DNA of 64,000 bases, from positions 224,001 through 288,000 of the forward strand of contig OZ245015.1 of NCBI GenBank assembly GCA_965223705.1, written 5' to 3'. This stretch comes from Myxococcota bacterium. GTDB lineage: Bacteria > Myxococcota_A > UBA9160 > UBA6930. Shown here one piece after another: positions 50,897-62,648 of the stretch. The stretch's first letter is position 1, and each line of letters begins with the position of its first letter. The notes below the pieces were generated by a model that saw nothing but the letters and a program-made list of their open reading frames with translations, was not told the origin of the DNA and did not search any database. Both the position numbers and the translations under genes were made by a program.

Positions 50897-52291
50897 ATGG
50901 ATCACGATGACGCGGTCAAGCCGGATCCCCGGCGGGGGCTTCCCCAGGTCGACGCATGGATCCGAAAGCTCCTCGACGAGGATCTGGGCTTTGCAGAGTG
51001 GGTAATTCGACACGTTTCCCGCCGCGAGATCGCCGCCGCACGGGAGCGAGTCAGCGCGGGGCAGGAAGCGGGCGATCTCCGCAGCCTCTGTATCGCAGCG
51101 GCCGCTCGGCTCTCCCAACCGCATCCGAGGCGCGTCGTCAACGGAACGGGCGTGATGGTCCACACGAATCTGGGACGGTCCGCGCTCTCGCCACGGGCGA
51201 CGCGCGCCGTGGCCGAGGCCGCGGCCGGTTACAGCGACCTCGAACTCGACCTTGCGAGCGGACGCCGCGGCAACCGCTTGGGGCGACTGGCCGACCTGCT
51301 GTGCGCGGCTTCGGGAGCGGAGGCGGCGCTCGCCGTCAACAACAACGCCGCCGCCCTGTTGCTGCTCGCGAACACCTTGGCGCGCGGCCGGGAAGTGGTG
51401 GTGTCACGAGGCGAGTTGGTCGAGATCGGCGGATCCTTTCGGGTGCCCGATATTCTCGAGCGTGCGGATGTACGCCTTGTCGAAGTGGGTACGACGAACC
51501 GCACGCATCCCCACGACTACCGGGACGCCATCGGACCCGAGACGGGCCTGCTGCTCAAGGTCCACCCGAGCAACTTTGCGCAGCAGGGCTATGTCACCGA
51601 CGTGTCGCTCGAAGCGCTGGTCGGGATCGGCGCTGAGATGGGTGTTCCCGTGGTCGAAGATTTGGGAAGCGGCTTGTTCGAAACGCCCGACAAGCGCGGC
51701 TTGCCCTCGGAAACCGACGTGCGGAGTCGGCTCCGAACGGGTGTCGACGCGCTTTGCTTTTCCGGTGACAAACTTTTGGGCGGTCCCCAGGCGGGCCTCA
51801 TCCTCGGTCGCACCGACGTCGTCGCGGAAGCGAAGCGCAACCCGCTCGCTCGTGCGCTCCGACTCGACAAGCTGTCGATCGCGGCGCTCGACGCGACGTT
51901 GCGCGACCTCCTCGAGGATGCGCCCGAATCGCGCCCGCCGACGCTACACCAAATCGAGACGCCCTTGACCCAGTTGTCCGAGCGCGCGGAAGCGCTGGCG
52001 CGAGCGCTCGAAGAACGCTGCGGCCCGCGTCTCAAAGTGACGGTGGAAGTCGCGCACTCATCCGTCGGGGGCGGGAGCGTTCCCGGTTTCGAGCTCGAGA
52101 CCCGCGTGGTGTCGCTTCGGGGCGAGGATGCCTTGCGACTCGCGCGGCGTCTGCGGGAAGCCCCGGTTCCCGTCCTCACGCGTGTCCGAGATGATGCGGT
52201 CACCATCGATGTGAGGACTCTACTCGCCGGAGACGACGTCTTATGCTGCGAGGCCGTCGCTTGGGCCTTCGAGGGTGCGGCGAGCCTTTAG
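50897..52291 (+). CDS. selA: L-seryl-tRNA(Sec) selenium transferase
   Basis: NGTGVMVHTNLGR, VNNNAAA, EIGGSFR, VGTTNRTH, KVHPSN, DLGSG, SGDKLLGGPQAG; SD GAGGAG. Confidence 0.96.
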   Translation: MDHDDAVKPDPRRGLPQVDAWIRKLLDEDLGFAEWVIRHVSRREIAAARERVSAGQEAGDLRSLCIAAAARLSQPHPRRVVNGTGVMVHTNLGRSALSPRATRAVAEAAAGYSDLELDLASGRRGNRLGRLADLLCAASGAEAALAVNNNAAALLLLANTLARGREVVVSRGELVEIGGSFRVPDILERADVRLVEVGTTNRTHPHDYRDAIGPETGLLLKVHPSNFAQQGYVTDVSLEALVGIGAEMGVPVVEDLGSGLFETPDKRGLPSETDVRSRLRTGVDALCFSGDKLLGGPQAGLILGRTDVVAEAKRNPLARALRLDKLSIAALDATLRDLLEDAPESRPPTLHQIETPLTQLSERAEALARALEERCGPRLKVTVEVAHSSVGGGSVPGFELETRVVSLRGEDALRLARRLREAPVPVLTRVRDDAVTIDVRTLLAGDDVLCCEAVAWAFEGAASL

Positions 52292-52311
52292 CCTCTGTAA
52301 CCTCGACGGCG

Positions 52312-52908
52312 ATGCTATCGAGCAGCGTGCTGGTCCTGAACCGGTCCTACCTCCCGGTGCACGTCACGTCGGCGAAGCGTGCGTTCTCACTCCTGTATCA
52401 GGGGATCGCGCGGGCCGTCGACGAAGAGTTTCAGACCTTCGATTTCGAGGAGTGGAGCCAGCTCTCGACGCTGCGCGAGGGCGACAGCGTCGGAACGATC
52501 GGAGGTCGCATTCTGATCCCGCGGGTGATCGTACTCGTCGCCTTCGACCGCCTCCCGAAACGCCACGTCCGCTTCAGTCGCATCAACATCATGACGCGCG
52601 ACGGTTTTCGCTGTCAGTACTGCGGCGACCATCCGTCGCGGGCAGAACTCAACCTCGATCACGTCGTACCGCGCGCGCAGGGCGGCAAGAGTACGTGGGA
52701 GAACGTGGTGACCAGCTGTGTCGACTGCAATCGCCGAAAGGGCGGCCGCACACCGGCGCAGGCCCGGATGAAACTGCGCAGTCGCCCGGTGCGCCCCCGT
52801 TGGACACCGCTCTCGCACTTGATTCTTTCGAGTCAGCGTTACGAGCAGTGGCGGCCTTTCCTCAACGTGGTCGACGCTTCGTACTGGAACGCGGAGCTCA
52901 ACGAGTAA
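52312..52908 (+). CDS. HNH endonuclease (McrA-like, zinc-binding)
   Basis: VLVLNRSYLP, RDGFRCQYCG, DHVVPRAQGG, WENVVTSCVDCNRRK. Confidence 0.9.
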   Translation: MLSSSVLVLNRSYLPVHVTSAKRAFSLLYQGIARAVDEEFQTFDFEEWSQLSTLREGDSVGTIGGRILIPRVIVLVAFDRLPKRHVRFSRINIMTRDGFRCQYCGDHPSRAELNLDHVVPRAQGGKSTWENVVTSCVDCNRRKGGRTPAQARMKLRSRPVRPRWTPLSHLILSSQRYEQWRPFLNVVDASYWNAELNE

Positions 52909-52926
52909 CCGGAGGTCCCCCCCGAC

Positions 52927-53859
52927 ATGCGGTTCCAACAGCCGCAGCAGCGAAGCGCCCACATGATCGCCGTCGCCGGTGGCAAGGGGGGTGTGGGCAA
53001 GACGTTCTTTTCGGCGAACCTGGCGGTTCTCCTGGCGCGCGCCGGCGTGCACGTCGTCGCGGTCGATACGGATCTCGAAGGGGCGAACCTCCACACCTGG
53101 CTCGGTGTGAAGTCGCCCAAGCGGACGCTGGCCGATTTCGTTTCGGGGCGCGAGGACGATCCGAGGCGACTCCTCGTCGAGACGCCCATTCCGAAGCTCG
53201 AGCTCATCGCCGCGACGGAGGGCCATCTGACCGACGCCCAGCCGAGTGCAGAGCGCCGCGCCGAGCTTCTGCAGGGGCTCCGGTCCATGTCGTGCGACGC
53301 GGTGCTCCTCGACTGCGGTGCGGGAACCCACGCGGCCAACGTCGATTACTTCCTCGCCGGCGACGACGGCGTGTTGATCTTCCACCCGGAACCGACTTCC
53401 GTCGAGAACGCGTACAACTTCCTGCGCTCCGTTCTCTTGCGGCGCATGGAGCTCGCCATGTTGAAGCCGGAAGTCCAGGCGTGCGTGCGCGAGGCGATGG
53501 ACATGCGCAACGAGCGGGGCATCCGCACGCCGCGCGATCTGCTGCGTGCGGTGGCGGCGCTCGATTCCGAGGAAGCGAAACGATTCCAGCGCGTGTTGGC
53601 GACGCTCAAGCCGCGTATCGTAGTGAACGAAGTGACGACCGCCGAAGACGTCAAGCTCGGTTTTTCCGTGCGCGGCGTTTGTCGGAACTTTTTCGGCGTG
53701 CAAGCGGATTACCTGGGGTACATGAACAGCGATCCCCGCGTGCGCAAAGCGCTTCGCGCCGGTGTTCCCATCGTCGAGTCGGACGCCGAAACCGAGGTCT
53801 CGATTTACTTGTCGCGCATCGCGCGCAAATTGATGCGCGAGGCAGGTCTCGCCACGTGA
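52927..53859 (+). CDS. MinD/FlhG-like P-loop ATPase
   Basis: GGKGGVGKT, DTDLEGANL, LDCGAGT, PEPTSVENAY. Confidence 0.88.
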   Translation: MRFQQPQQRSAHMIAVAGGKGGVGKTFFSANLAVLLARAGVHVVAVDTDLEGANLHTWLGVKSPKRTLADFVSGREDDPRRLLVETPIPKLELIAATEGHLTDAQPSAERRAELLQGLRSMSCDAVLLDCGAGTHAANVDYFLAGDDGVLIFHPEPTSVENAYNFLRSVLLRRMELAMLKPEVQACVREAMDMRNERGIRTPRDLLRAVAALDSEEAKRFQRVLATLKPRIVVNEVTTAEDVKLGFSVRGVCRNFFGVQADYLGYMNSDPRVRKALRAGVPIVESDAETEVSIYLSRIARKLMREAGLAT

Positions 53860-54593
53860 AGAGCTTCGCCGAGCTCACGTATTACGAACTGCTGGAAATC
53901 GCACCCGACGCCGGGAACCAAGAGCTCGAGCGCGCCTACCGCATGGCACAAGCGACGTACGGCGAATCGTCGATGGCGACCTACTCGCTCTACGGCGATG
54001 ACGAACTCTCGGTGATCCGGGCGAGAATCGACGAGGCGTACCGTGTGCTGCGAGAGCCGACGGAGCGATCGCGCTACGACCGCGGGCTCGCCCGAGCAGA
54101 GGCGCTTGCGGAAGACGAAGACGAGGAGGAGATGACGCTCGATTTCCCCCTCGATGATCTCGAGGCGTTCGATCCGCGGCCTGAGCCGCTGCCCGAGAGC
54201 GGTGGGCGCGGGTTCACCGAGGCGAGGTTCGCGCCGCACCCGGAGCCACGTCCGGAGCGTCTCCTCGAGATCCAACCGCCGGTGACCCAGTTCGAGCCGG
54301 TGGAAGAAGACGACGGTACGCCGTTTAACGGAGCGCGCTTGCGCCGCGCTCGCTTGGCTCGGGGCATCGACCTCGACCAGGTCGCCTCGGTGACGAAAGT
54401 GACGGTCGCGCACTTGCAGTCCATCGAAGACGATCGTTACGGGGATCTTCCCGCGCCGGTCTACGCCCGGGGCTTCGTCTCCGCGTACGCCCGCTGTATC
54501 GGCCTCGACGCCGAGCGCGTCTGCCGCGATTACATGGACGCGCTGCGAAGTGCGGAAGCGCGCGTCAACAACCGGCCGCGGCGTCGGGCGTAG
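53856..54593 (+). CDS. J-domain-like (no HPD) plus RodZ-type HTH protein
   Basis: TYYELLEI...ELERAYR...IDEAYRVL...RSRYD; GARLRRARLARGIDLDQVA...IE...LPAPVYARGF; GTGA overlap. Confidence 0.8.
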   Translation: MKSFAELTYYELLEIAPDAGNQELERAYRMAQATYGESSMATYSLYGDDELSVIRARIDEAYRVLREPTERSRYDRGLARAEALAEDEDEEEMTLDFPLDDLEAFDPRPEPLPESGGRGFTEARFAPHPEPRPERLLEIQPPVTQFEPVEEDDGTPFNGARLRRARLARGIDLDQVASVTKVTVAHLQSIEDDRYGDLPAPVYARGFVSAYARCIGLDAERVCRDYMDALRSAEARVNNRPRRRA

Positions 54594-54596
54594 CGG

Positions 54597-55580
54597 GTGC
54601 TGTCGATCGCGGATCGCGTCACCGACCCCTCGGAGATTCAATCCTTCGTGATCGATCCCGAGTTGGCAGGACGTCGACTCGACGTCGCGCTGTCCTCCTG
54701 CGCGGGTATCAGCCGGGCGGAAGCCAAGCGGTGGATCGAGGCCGGGCGCGTGGAGCTGAACCGCGTTCCGGTGCGGGCGAGCGCCCGCGTCGCCGCCGGG
54801 GACACCTTGGCCGCGGATCCTCCGGCAAGCGTGCCGCTCCGGCTCGAGCCGGAACCGATTCCGCTCGACGTCGCTTTCGAAGACGAGCACGTGATCGTGA
54901 TCGACAAGCCGGCGGGTCTGGTGGTGCACCCCGCCCCGGGGCACGAGCACGGGACGCTGGTCCACGCGCTCCTGCATCACTGCCGCGACCTGTCGGGAAT
55001 CGGCGGCGTCCTGCGGCCGGGCATCGTGCACCGACTCGATCGCGGGACGTCCGGTGTCATGGTCGCTGCGAAGAGCGATGCGGCGCATCGCGGGCTCGCC
55101 GCACAGTTCGAGCGGCACGAGATCGAGCGGGTCTATCGCGCCCTGGTGCGCGGTCGCCCGCGCGCGTCCGAGGGGAACGTCGACGCGGCGATCGGTCGGC
55201 ATCCTCTGGATCGGAAGCGGATGTCGACCCGTACGCGTCGCGGCCGTCCCGCCCGCACGCGCTGGCGCGTGAGGCGCCGGTTCCCGAAGAGCGGAGCGCT
55301 CCTCCTCGAGGTCTTTCCCGAGACGGGTCGCACGCATCAAATCCGCGTTCACTTGGCCGCAGCCGGCCTGCCCATCGCCGGCGATCCGATCTATGGGGGC
55401 GGCAAACGGCGGGTCGACGCGCCGTGGTCGGCACTCGCCCGGCCTGCCTTGCACGCCGCGGTGCTCGGGTTCGTCCATCCGATTTCCGGTCAGTCGCTTC
55501 GGTTCGAGGCGTCCCTCCCGGCGGACCTGGTTGCGGCGATCGAGGCGTGTGAAGACCGAGAGGAAGCGCCGGCCCGCTGA
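54597..55580 (+). CDS. rluD: 23S rRNA pseudouridine synthase RluD
   Basis: S4 domain RLD, KPAGLVVHP, HRLDRGTSG, TGRTHQIRVH, GDPIYG, LHA. Confidence 0.93.
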   Translation: MLSIADRVTDPSEIQSFVIDPELAGRRLDVALSSCAGISRAEAKRWIEAGRVELNRVPVRASARVAAGDTLAADPPASVPLRLEPEPIPLDVAFEDEHVIVIDKPAGLVVHPAPGHEHGTLVHALLHHCRDLSGIGGVLRPGIVHRLDRGTSGVMVAAKSDAAHRGLAAQFERHEIERVYRALVRGRPRASEGNVDAAIGRHPLDRKRMSTRTRRGRPARTRWRVRRRFPKSGALLLEVFPETGRTHQIRVHLAAAGLPIAGDPIYGGGKRRVDAPWSALARPALHAAVLGFVHPISGQSLRFEASLPADLVAAIEACEDREEAPAR

Positions 55581-56230
55581 TGGTGCTCGCCGTGCCCCAC
55601 GCCTTCGGCCGCCGCGATCGGCCGGGTCCGACCGGCCCTCCGGTCTGGCGTCCCGAGCAAATCCACGGAACTGACGTCGTCGTCCTTCTCGAGAGGGGTC
55701 GCGTTCCCGACGGCCCCGTGCCTGCGGACGCGGTGGTGAGTCGGCGGCTCGACCGGCCGGTGGGAGTGGTCACCGCGGACTGCGTCCCCGTGCTGGTCGC
55801 GGACTCCGCCGGCGAGACGGTGGCCGCCATCCACGCGGGCTGGCGCGGGCTGGCCGCGGGCGTCATCGAAACGGCGCTCACCGCGTTTTGGCGCGTTGCG
55901 TCATCCGAGGGCGCTGCGGCGTCGATCGGGCCGCATATCGGCCGCTGCTGCTACGAAGTCGACGCACCGGTCCTCGAAGCCCTCGAGGCGCGCTTCGAAG
56001 ACGCCCTGCCCGATGCCTCCGAAATGACGCGCCCTGGGCACGCACGCATCGATCTGGGGCATTTGGCGGCCACAGCGCTGACGCGCTCCGGCGTTTCGGC
56101 GGAGGACCTCACGAGCGTCCCCGACGGGTGCACCCGCTGCCACGCCGATCGCTATCACTCCTATCGCCGCGACGGGTCGGGCGCGGGTCGAATGACACAC
56201 TGGGTAAAACCCCGGCGGGGGGGTGCTTGA
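55580..56230 (+). CDS. pgeF: Peptidoglycan editing factor PgeF / YfiH family
   Basis: QIHG, TADCVPV, HAGWRG, IGPHI, CYEV, SYRR; follows rluD. Confidence 0.9.
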   Translation: MVLAVPHAFGRRDRPGPTGPPVWRPEQIHGTDVVVLLERGRVPDGPVPADAVVSRRLDRPVGVVTADCVPVLVADSAGETVAAIHAGWRGLAAGVIETALTAFWRVASSEGAAASIGPHIGRCCYEVDAPVLEALEARFEDALPDASEMTRPGHARIDLGHLAATALTRSGVSAEDLTSVPDGCTRCHADRYHSYRRDGSGAGRMTHWVKPRRGGA

Positions 56231-56255
56231 CACCCGGCAGGCCTCGCCATAGATT
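56227..56255 (+). promoter_or_regulatory. Sigma70 promoter for rho
   Basis: TTGACA-N17-TAGATT. Confidence 0.75.
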
Positions 56256-56555
56256 CGCAAGCGATCCACGCCGCTCGTCCGGACATCGCCGGCACTACGC
56301 GAAACGAGGCGGTCAGCGCACAGCTCTCTGACACCACTCCGAATGGCTTTGATGACCGCACGCACGCGAGCCGCTCGCCCCGCAGGCCCTAGCTCAACTT
56401 GAGACAAGAGACGGACGAACGAGATAAGAGAGAATCACCATTTCCCGGCACCCGATGGTCCCCCGAAAGCCGGATCTTCAAAACCTCCCCTTTGACACAT
56501 TTCGCATCCACTCCTGCTCGGCCCAGACCGACGCACCCAAACAGGGAGCCTTCCC

Positions 56556-57989
56556 TTGACCAGTACACGCGCTAGCGAATCAGGTAACCGCAGCGGCAAC
56601 CGCCGCGGCCGCAGCCGCCGTAGCCGCAACGGCAACACCGGCGGACGCAAACGCGACAACCGGGATCACCCGCAGAACGACACCCCGTTTACCGAGGACG
56701 AGATCTACGTCGAGAGCGAGGACGAAGATCCGAGCGAACGACTCTACGTCAAAGACTTGAAGTCGAAGAGCGTCCACGAGCTGACGGAGATGGCCGAGGG
56801 CCTCGGGATCGAGGAAGCGGCCGGCCGCCTGAAGCAGGATCTGATCTTCGCGATCTTGAAGACCGAGACCGAAGCGCACGGGAAGGTCTTCGCCGAAGGC
56901 GTCCTCGAGCGACTTCCGGACGGTTTCGGTTTTCTCCGGGCGCCCGACCAGAATTACCTGAACGGCCCGGACGACGTGTACGTCTCGCCGTCGCAAATTC
57001 GCCGCTTCAACCTGCGAACCGGCGACACGGTATGCGGGCAGATTCGGCCCCCGAAGGAGGGTGAGCGCTACTTCGCGCTCCTGAAGGTCGAGTCGATCAA
57101 CTTCGAAGAGCCGGCCAAGGCGCGTCACAAGATCCTGTTCGACAACCTGACGCCGCTCTACCCGCAGGAGAAGTTCAACCTCGAGGCGAAGGCCGGCGGG
57201 CTGACGACGCGGATCATCGATCTGATCAGCCCGATCGGAAAAGGGCAACGCGCGCTGATCACGTCGCCGCCGAAAGCCGGCAAGACGATGATCTTGAAAG
57301 ATATCGCGAACGCGATCATCGAGAATCATCCCGAGGTCTACCTGATCGTGCTGCTCATCGACGAGCGGCCCGAGGAAGTGACGGACATGCAGCGAAACGT
57401 CGCTGCCGAAGTCGTCTCTTCGACCTTTGACGAACAACCGACCCGGCACGTCCAGGTCGCCGACATGGTCATCGAGAAGGCGAAGCGCTTGGTCGAACAC
57501 AAGCGCGACGTGGTGATTCTGCTCGATTCGATCACCCGGCTGGCCCGCGCCCACAACACCGTCGTTCCGCATTCCGGCAAGATCCTCTCGGGCGGCGTCG
57601 ATTCGAACGCCCTCCACAAGCCGAAGCGCTTCTTCGGAGCGGCGCGGAATGTCGAGGAAGGCGGCAGCCTCACCATCATCGGCACGGCGCTCATCGACAC
57701 CGGCTCGCGCATGGACGAGGTGATCTTCGAGGAGTTCAAGGGCACGGGTAACGCCGAGCTCGTGCTCGACCGAAAGCTCGCGGATCGCCGCACCTACCCC
57801 GCCATCGACATCAATCGATCCGCAACGCGGCGAGAAGAGCTCTTGATGAGCGACGCGCAGCTCAACCGGATGTACGTGCTGCGCAAAGTGCTCTCACCGC
57901 TCAACCCCGTCGACTCGATGGAGTTCCTCCTCGAGAAGGTGAAGGCCACGGAGACCAACGAGGAATTCCTCGCCTCGATGAACTCCTAG
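56556..57989 (+). CDS. rho: Transcription termination factor Rho
   Basis: [49 protein letters not shown] start uncertain. Confidence 0.98.
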   Translation: MTSTRASESGNRSGNRRGRSRRSRNGNTGGRKRDNRDHPQNDTPFTEDEIYVESEDEDPSERLYVKDLKSKSVHELTEMAEGLGIEEAAGRLKQDLIFAILKTETEAHGKVFAEGVLERLPDGFGFLRAPDQNYLNGPDDVYVSPSQIRRFNLRTGDTVCGQIRPPKEGERYFALLKVESINFEEPAKARHKILFDNLTPLYPQEKFNLEAKAGGLTTRIIDLISPIGKGQRALITSPPKAGKTMILKDIANAIIENHPEVYLIVLLIDERPEEVTDMQRNVAAEVVSSTFDEQPTRHVQVADMVIEKAKRLVEHKRDVVILLDSITRLARAHNTVVPHSGKILSGGVDSNALHKPKRFFGAARNVEEGGSLTIIGTALIDTGSRMDEVIFEEFKGTGNAELVLDRKLADRRTYPAIDINRSATRREELLMSDAQLNRMYVLRKVLSPLNPVDSMEFLLEKVKATETNEEFLASMNS

Positions 57990-58011
57990 CGCGCCAGAAC
58001 CTCTCCCGTCC

Positions 58012-58069
58012 TTGCGGGGACAGCGGGGATCGGGGATCGTGAAGCGGTCGTAACCCCGCGTCCCCGCGA
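58012..58069 (+). other. Long GC-rich hairpin between rho and prfA
   Basis: GCGGGGAC-A-GCGGGG pairs with CCCCGC-GTCCCCGC; inner GATCGT-GAA-GCGGTC; no U-tract. Confidence 0.55.
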
Positions 58070-58095
58070 CGCAATCGGCGTATCACGGCGGCACC

Positions 58096-59168
<1,073 letters not shown>

Positions 59169-59172
<4 letters not shown>

Positions 59173-60062
59173 CCGAAGAGCGCTGGACCGTGGGATCGCT
59201 GCTGCGCTGGACGACGGAGCACTTCGCAAGCGTCGGAATCGAAAGCGCGCGACTCGACGCGGAGTGCCTGCTGGCCGAGGCGCTCGGCTGTGAGCGCTTG
59301 GCGCTCTACCTGGAATTCGACAAGCCGGCCCAGGCCGCCGAGCGCGCGCGTTTTCGCGAGCTCGTGAAGCGCCGCGCCACGGAGCGGATCCCGGTCGCAC
59401 ACCTCCTCGGGCGCAAGGAATTCTGGTCGCTCGAGTTCGAGATCACGAAGGATGTCCTCGTGCCGCGTCCCGACACGGAGACCCTGATTCAAGCCGTCCT
59501 CGATCTCATTCCCAATCGCGAGACCGAGTGGAAAGTGCTCGAGGTGGGGACCGGAAGCGGTGCCGTCGTCGCGGCACTCGCGACGGAGCGACCGAAGGCA
59601 CGCTGCGTCGCGACCGATATTTCTCCCGCGGCCCTGGCGGTTGCCGCCCGCAACGCGGAACGTCACGGTCTGTCCGACCGCATCCATTTCGTCCACGGAG
59701 ACGGGTTCGAGCCCGTTCTCGGCGAGCGATTCGATGTGGTGGTGTCGAACCCCCCGTATCTCGCGGCGGGTGACGCGGCCCATTTGGCTCCCGAGCTCGC
59801 CCACGAGCCTCGGGAAGCGCTCTTCGCCGGGGCGACCGGAACCGAGATGTTGGCGACCCTCGTGCACGGGGTCGGTTCTGTGCTCGAACCCGGCGGCGCC
59901 GTCGTGCTGGAGATGGCACCGGAACAAGCTCCCGAAGTGGCGGCTTGGCTCGAGGCCTGCGGGTTCACGGACGTTGCGATCCATCGAGATTTGGCGGGCC
60001 AGCACCGCGCGGTCTCGGCGAGGGCGAGTGGGGGAGGACGCGATGGCGAGTCGCACGAGTAA
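59169..60062 (+). CDS. prmC: Release factor glutamine methyltransferase
   Basis: VPRPDTE, GTGSG, SNPPY; ATGA overlap. Confidence 0.95.
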
Positions 60063-61410
60063 GGCGGTCTTGCCGGTCATCGAGGCCGGTAAGTCCGGTT
60101 CGGAAGAAGCGCTCGACGAACTGTGCGCGCGCGCGAGCGAGCGCGACAGCAGCGTCGACAAGACCGTCCAGAAGATCGTCACTCGCGTTCGCGAGGAGGG
60201 TGATGACGCCGTCCGTCACTTCACGTCAACCCTCGATGGGGCGGATGTCGATGCCCTGGAGGTCACCCGAGACGAATGGGACGCCGCGTGCGAAAGCGTC
60301 GACCCGGCCGACCGGGCGGCACTGGGCAAAGCCTGCATGCGCGTTCGCGAGTTCCACAAACGGCGTGTTCAGAGCAGTTGGGAAATGCGCGAAGAAGGCG
60401 GCGCGTTGATGGGCCAGCGCGTGCGCCCACTCAAGCGCGTGGGCCTCTACGTACCGGGTGGCAAAGCGGCGTATCCGTCGAGTGTCATCATGAACGCGAC
60501 GCCGGCGTCTGTCGTCGAAGTCCCAGAGATTGCGGTGACGACACCGCCACAACCCGACGGCACGGTTCGAGCCGATGTGCTCATGGCCGCGCGTATCGCC
60601 GGCGTTCACCGAGTGTTCAAGGCCGGCGGGGCGCAGGGTGTCGCGGCCCTGGCCTACGGCACGGAGACGATTCCGCAGGTCGACAAGATCGTCGGCCCGG
60701 GCAACGTGTACGTTCAAGCCGCGAAGCGGATGGTATTCGGACATGTCGATATCGACAGCGAGGCCGGCCCCACCGAAGTTCTCGTCGTCGCCGACCGAAG
60801 CGCGACACCGGCGTGGGTCGCGTCGGATTTGCTGTCCCAGGCCGAACACGATGAGCTCGCGTGCGTGGTACTCGTGACCCACGCGAAAGGCCTCGTCACG
60901 AAGGTTCAGGAACAGCTGGCAAAACAGCTGAAGACGCTCGCACGAAAAGACATCGCGAAGAAATCCCTTGCAGGTCGCAGCGCGGTCGTCCTGACCAAGG
61001 ATCTCAATCAATCGATCGAGGTGGCGAACCGCTACGCCGCCGAACACCTGGTGCTAGCGGTCGAGAGCCCCGACACGGTTCTCAAGCAAGTGGAGAGCGC
61101 GGGCGCGGTGTTCTTGGGGCACTACACGCCGGTCGCGGTCGGCGATTACTTGGCCGGGCCGAATCACGTCTTGCCCACCGGCGGCACGGCGCGGTTCTTC
61201 TCGCCGCTCGGCGTCGACGACTTCCTGACGCGCATGAGCTTTGTCCGGTTCGAGCCGCCCAAGCTTCGCGAACTGGGTGCGGACGTGATCCGGCTCGCAG
61301 AGCTCGAGGGACTGCCGGGCCACGGCGCATCCGTGGAGTTGCGACTTCAGAAAATCCGCCGCGCGCGCCGCGAGCGCGAAGCGGCACGGGACGCCGAGGC
61401 CGATTTATGA
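60043..61410 (+). CDS. hisD: Histidinol dehydrogenase
   Basis: YVPGG, GPGN, AGPTE, SQAEH, EHL, GDYLAGPNHVLPT. Confidence 0.96.
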   Translation: MASRTSKAVLPVIEAGKSGSEEALDELCARASERDSSVDKTVQKIVTRVREEGDDAVRHFTSTLDGADVDALEVTRDEWDAACESVDPADRAALGKACMRVREFHKRRVQSSWEMREEGGALMGQRVRPLKRVGLYVPGGKAAYPSSVIMNATPASVVEVPEIAVTTPPQPDGTVRADVLMAARIAGVHRVFKAGGAQGVAALAYGTETIPQVDKIVGPGNVYVQAAKRMVFGHVDIDSEAGPTEVLVVADRSATPAWVASDLLSQAEHDELACVVLVTHAKGLVTKVQEQLAKQLKTLARKDIAKKSLAGRSAVVLTKDLNQSIEVANRYAAEHLVLAVESPDTVLKQVESAGAVFLGHYTPVAVGDYLAGPNHVLPTGGTARFFSPLGVDDFLTRMSFVRFEPPKLRELGADVIRLAELEGLPGHGASVELRLQKIRRARREREAARDAEADL

Positions 61411-61997
61411 GCGAGCGAACAGCGACGATCGAACGCAAGACGCGCGAGACCGATATCCAGCTCTCCTTCGAGATCGATGGAACCGGTCAGTACGAGATCG
61501 AAACGGGCGTACCGTTCTTCGACCACATGCTCGAATCGTTTGCGAAGCACGGGCTCTTCGATCTGCGGGTGCGCGCGCGGGGCGATCTCGAAGTCGACCT
61601 GCACCACACCGTCGAAGACGTGGGCATCGTACTCGGGCAGGCGATTCGCGAGGCGCTCGGAAACGCCGAAGGGATCAAACGCTACGGGTTCTTCGTGTTG
61701 CCGATGGGTGAGTCGCGCGCGGATATCGCCGTCGACGTGTCGAACCGCCCGTTTCTGGTCTACCGCGTGGAGCTCGACAACACGCGCGTCGGGACGTTCG
61801 ACACGAGTCTCGTCGAAGATTTCGTCCAGGCCCTCGCCCAGCACGCAGGACTCGACCTCCACGTACAGCTCGTCTACGGGAAGAGTCCCCACCACGCCGT
61901 CGAGGCGATCTTCAAGGGGCTCGCCCGCGCGCTCCGCGAAGCCCTTTCGTTCGACCCGCGAGGCGGTGGCTTGCCCAGTGTGAAGGGCGCGCTCTAG
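61407..61997 (+). CDS. hisB: Imidazoleglycerol-phosphate dehydratase
   Basis: RKTRET, FFDHML, HHTVED, HHAVEAIFK, PSVKG. Confidence 0.96.
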   Translation: MSERTATIERKTRETDIQLSFEIDGTGQYEIETGVPFFDHMLESFAKHGLFDLRVRARGDLEVDLHHTVEDVGIVLGQAIREALGNAEGIKRYGFFVLPMGESRADIAVDVSNRPFLVYRVELDNTRVGTFDTSLVEDFVQALAQHAGLDLHVQLVYGKSPHHAVEAIFKGLARALREALSFDPRGGGLPSVKGAL

Positions 61998-62006
61998 CGC
62001 GATGCA

Positions 62007-62648
62007 ATGACGACCCCCCGCACCGCACTGATCGACTACGGCGCCGGCAATTTGCGCAGCGTCGCGAAAGCGCTGACGCGCTCCGGGCTCGACGTCGCCG
62101 TGTCATCCGATCGCGGTGCCATCCGCGACGCGGACGCCGTGGTCTTGCCCGGCGCGGGTGCTTTTGCCGACGCGATGCAGGACCTCCGCGCCAAGGGCCT
62201 GGCAGACACGGTCCGCGATAAAATCGCCGCCGGCGGGCCTTACCTCGGTCTCTGCTTGGGTCTTCAGCTCCTCTTCGAAGAAAGTGACGAACACGGCCGA
62301 ACCGAAGGCTTCTGTGTCCTGGCCGGTCGCGTCGAGCGGTTCTCCGAGGAGACTCCCTCGGGAGAGAGACGCCGCGTCCCGCACATCGGTTGGAACACGG
62401 TCCGTTTTCAGGGAACTCACCCGATGCTCGATCACTTGCCGGGCGAGGACCAGTATTATTTCGTGCACGCCTACCACGCGTCTCCTCGGGACTCCGAGGT
62501 TGTCGTCGGGCACGCCGACTACCACGGCGAGTTCGCGGCGGCGGTGGCATCTAGGGGATTGTTCGCGGTGCAGTTTCACCCTGAGAAAAGTCAGGCGGCG
62601 GGGAAGCGACTCCTCGACGCATTTGCCGGTTGGGTGCGCGCGTCGTGA
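62007..62648 (+). CDS. hisH: Imidazole glycerol phosphate synthase subunit HisH
   Basis: [27 protein letters not shown]. Confidence 0.96.
   Translation: MTTPRTALIDYGAGNLRSVAKALTRSGLDVAVSSDRGAIRDADAVVLPGAGAFADAMQDLRAKGLADTVRDKIAAGGPYLGLCLGLQLLFEESDEHGRTEGFCVLAGRVERFSEETPSGERRRVPHIGWNTVRFQGTHPMLDHLPGEDQYYFVHAYHASPRDSEVVVGHADYHGEFAAAVASRGLFAVQFHPEKSQAAGKRLLDAFAGWVRAS

Noticed and set aside
50393..51163. 256-aa minus-strand ORF as an N-terminal extension of rng
   Set aside because: In frame with rng but separated by two stop codons (TAG, TGA), overlaps selA antisense, and has low-complexity Arg/Pro composition.
52312..52908. HNH protein as an IscB/Cas9-like RNA-guided nuclease
   Set aside because: About 198 aa, no RuvC or PLMP motifs, and flanking gaps of about 20 bp leave no room for a guide RNA.
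56492..56520. Second TTGACA in the rho leader as a promoter
   Set aside because: No plausible -10 hexamer at 16-18 bp spacing.
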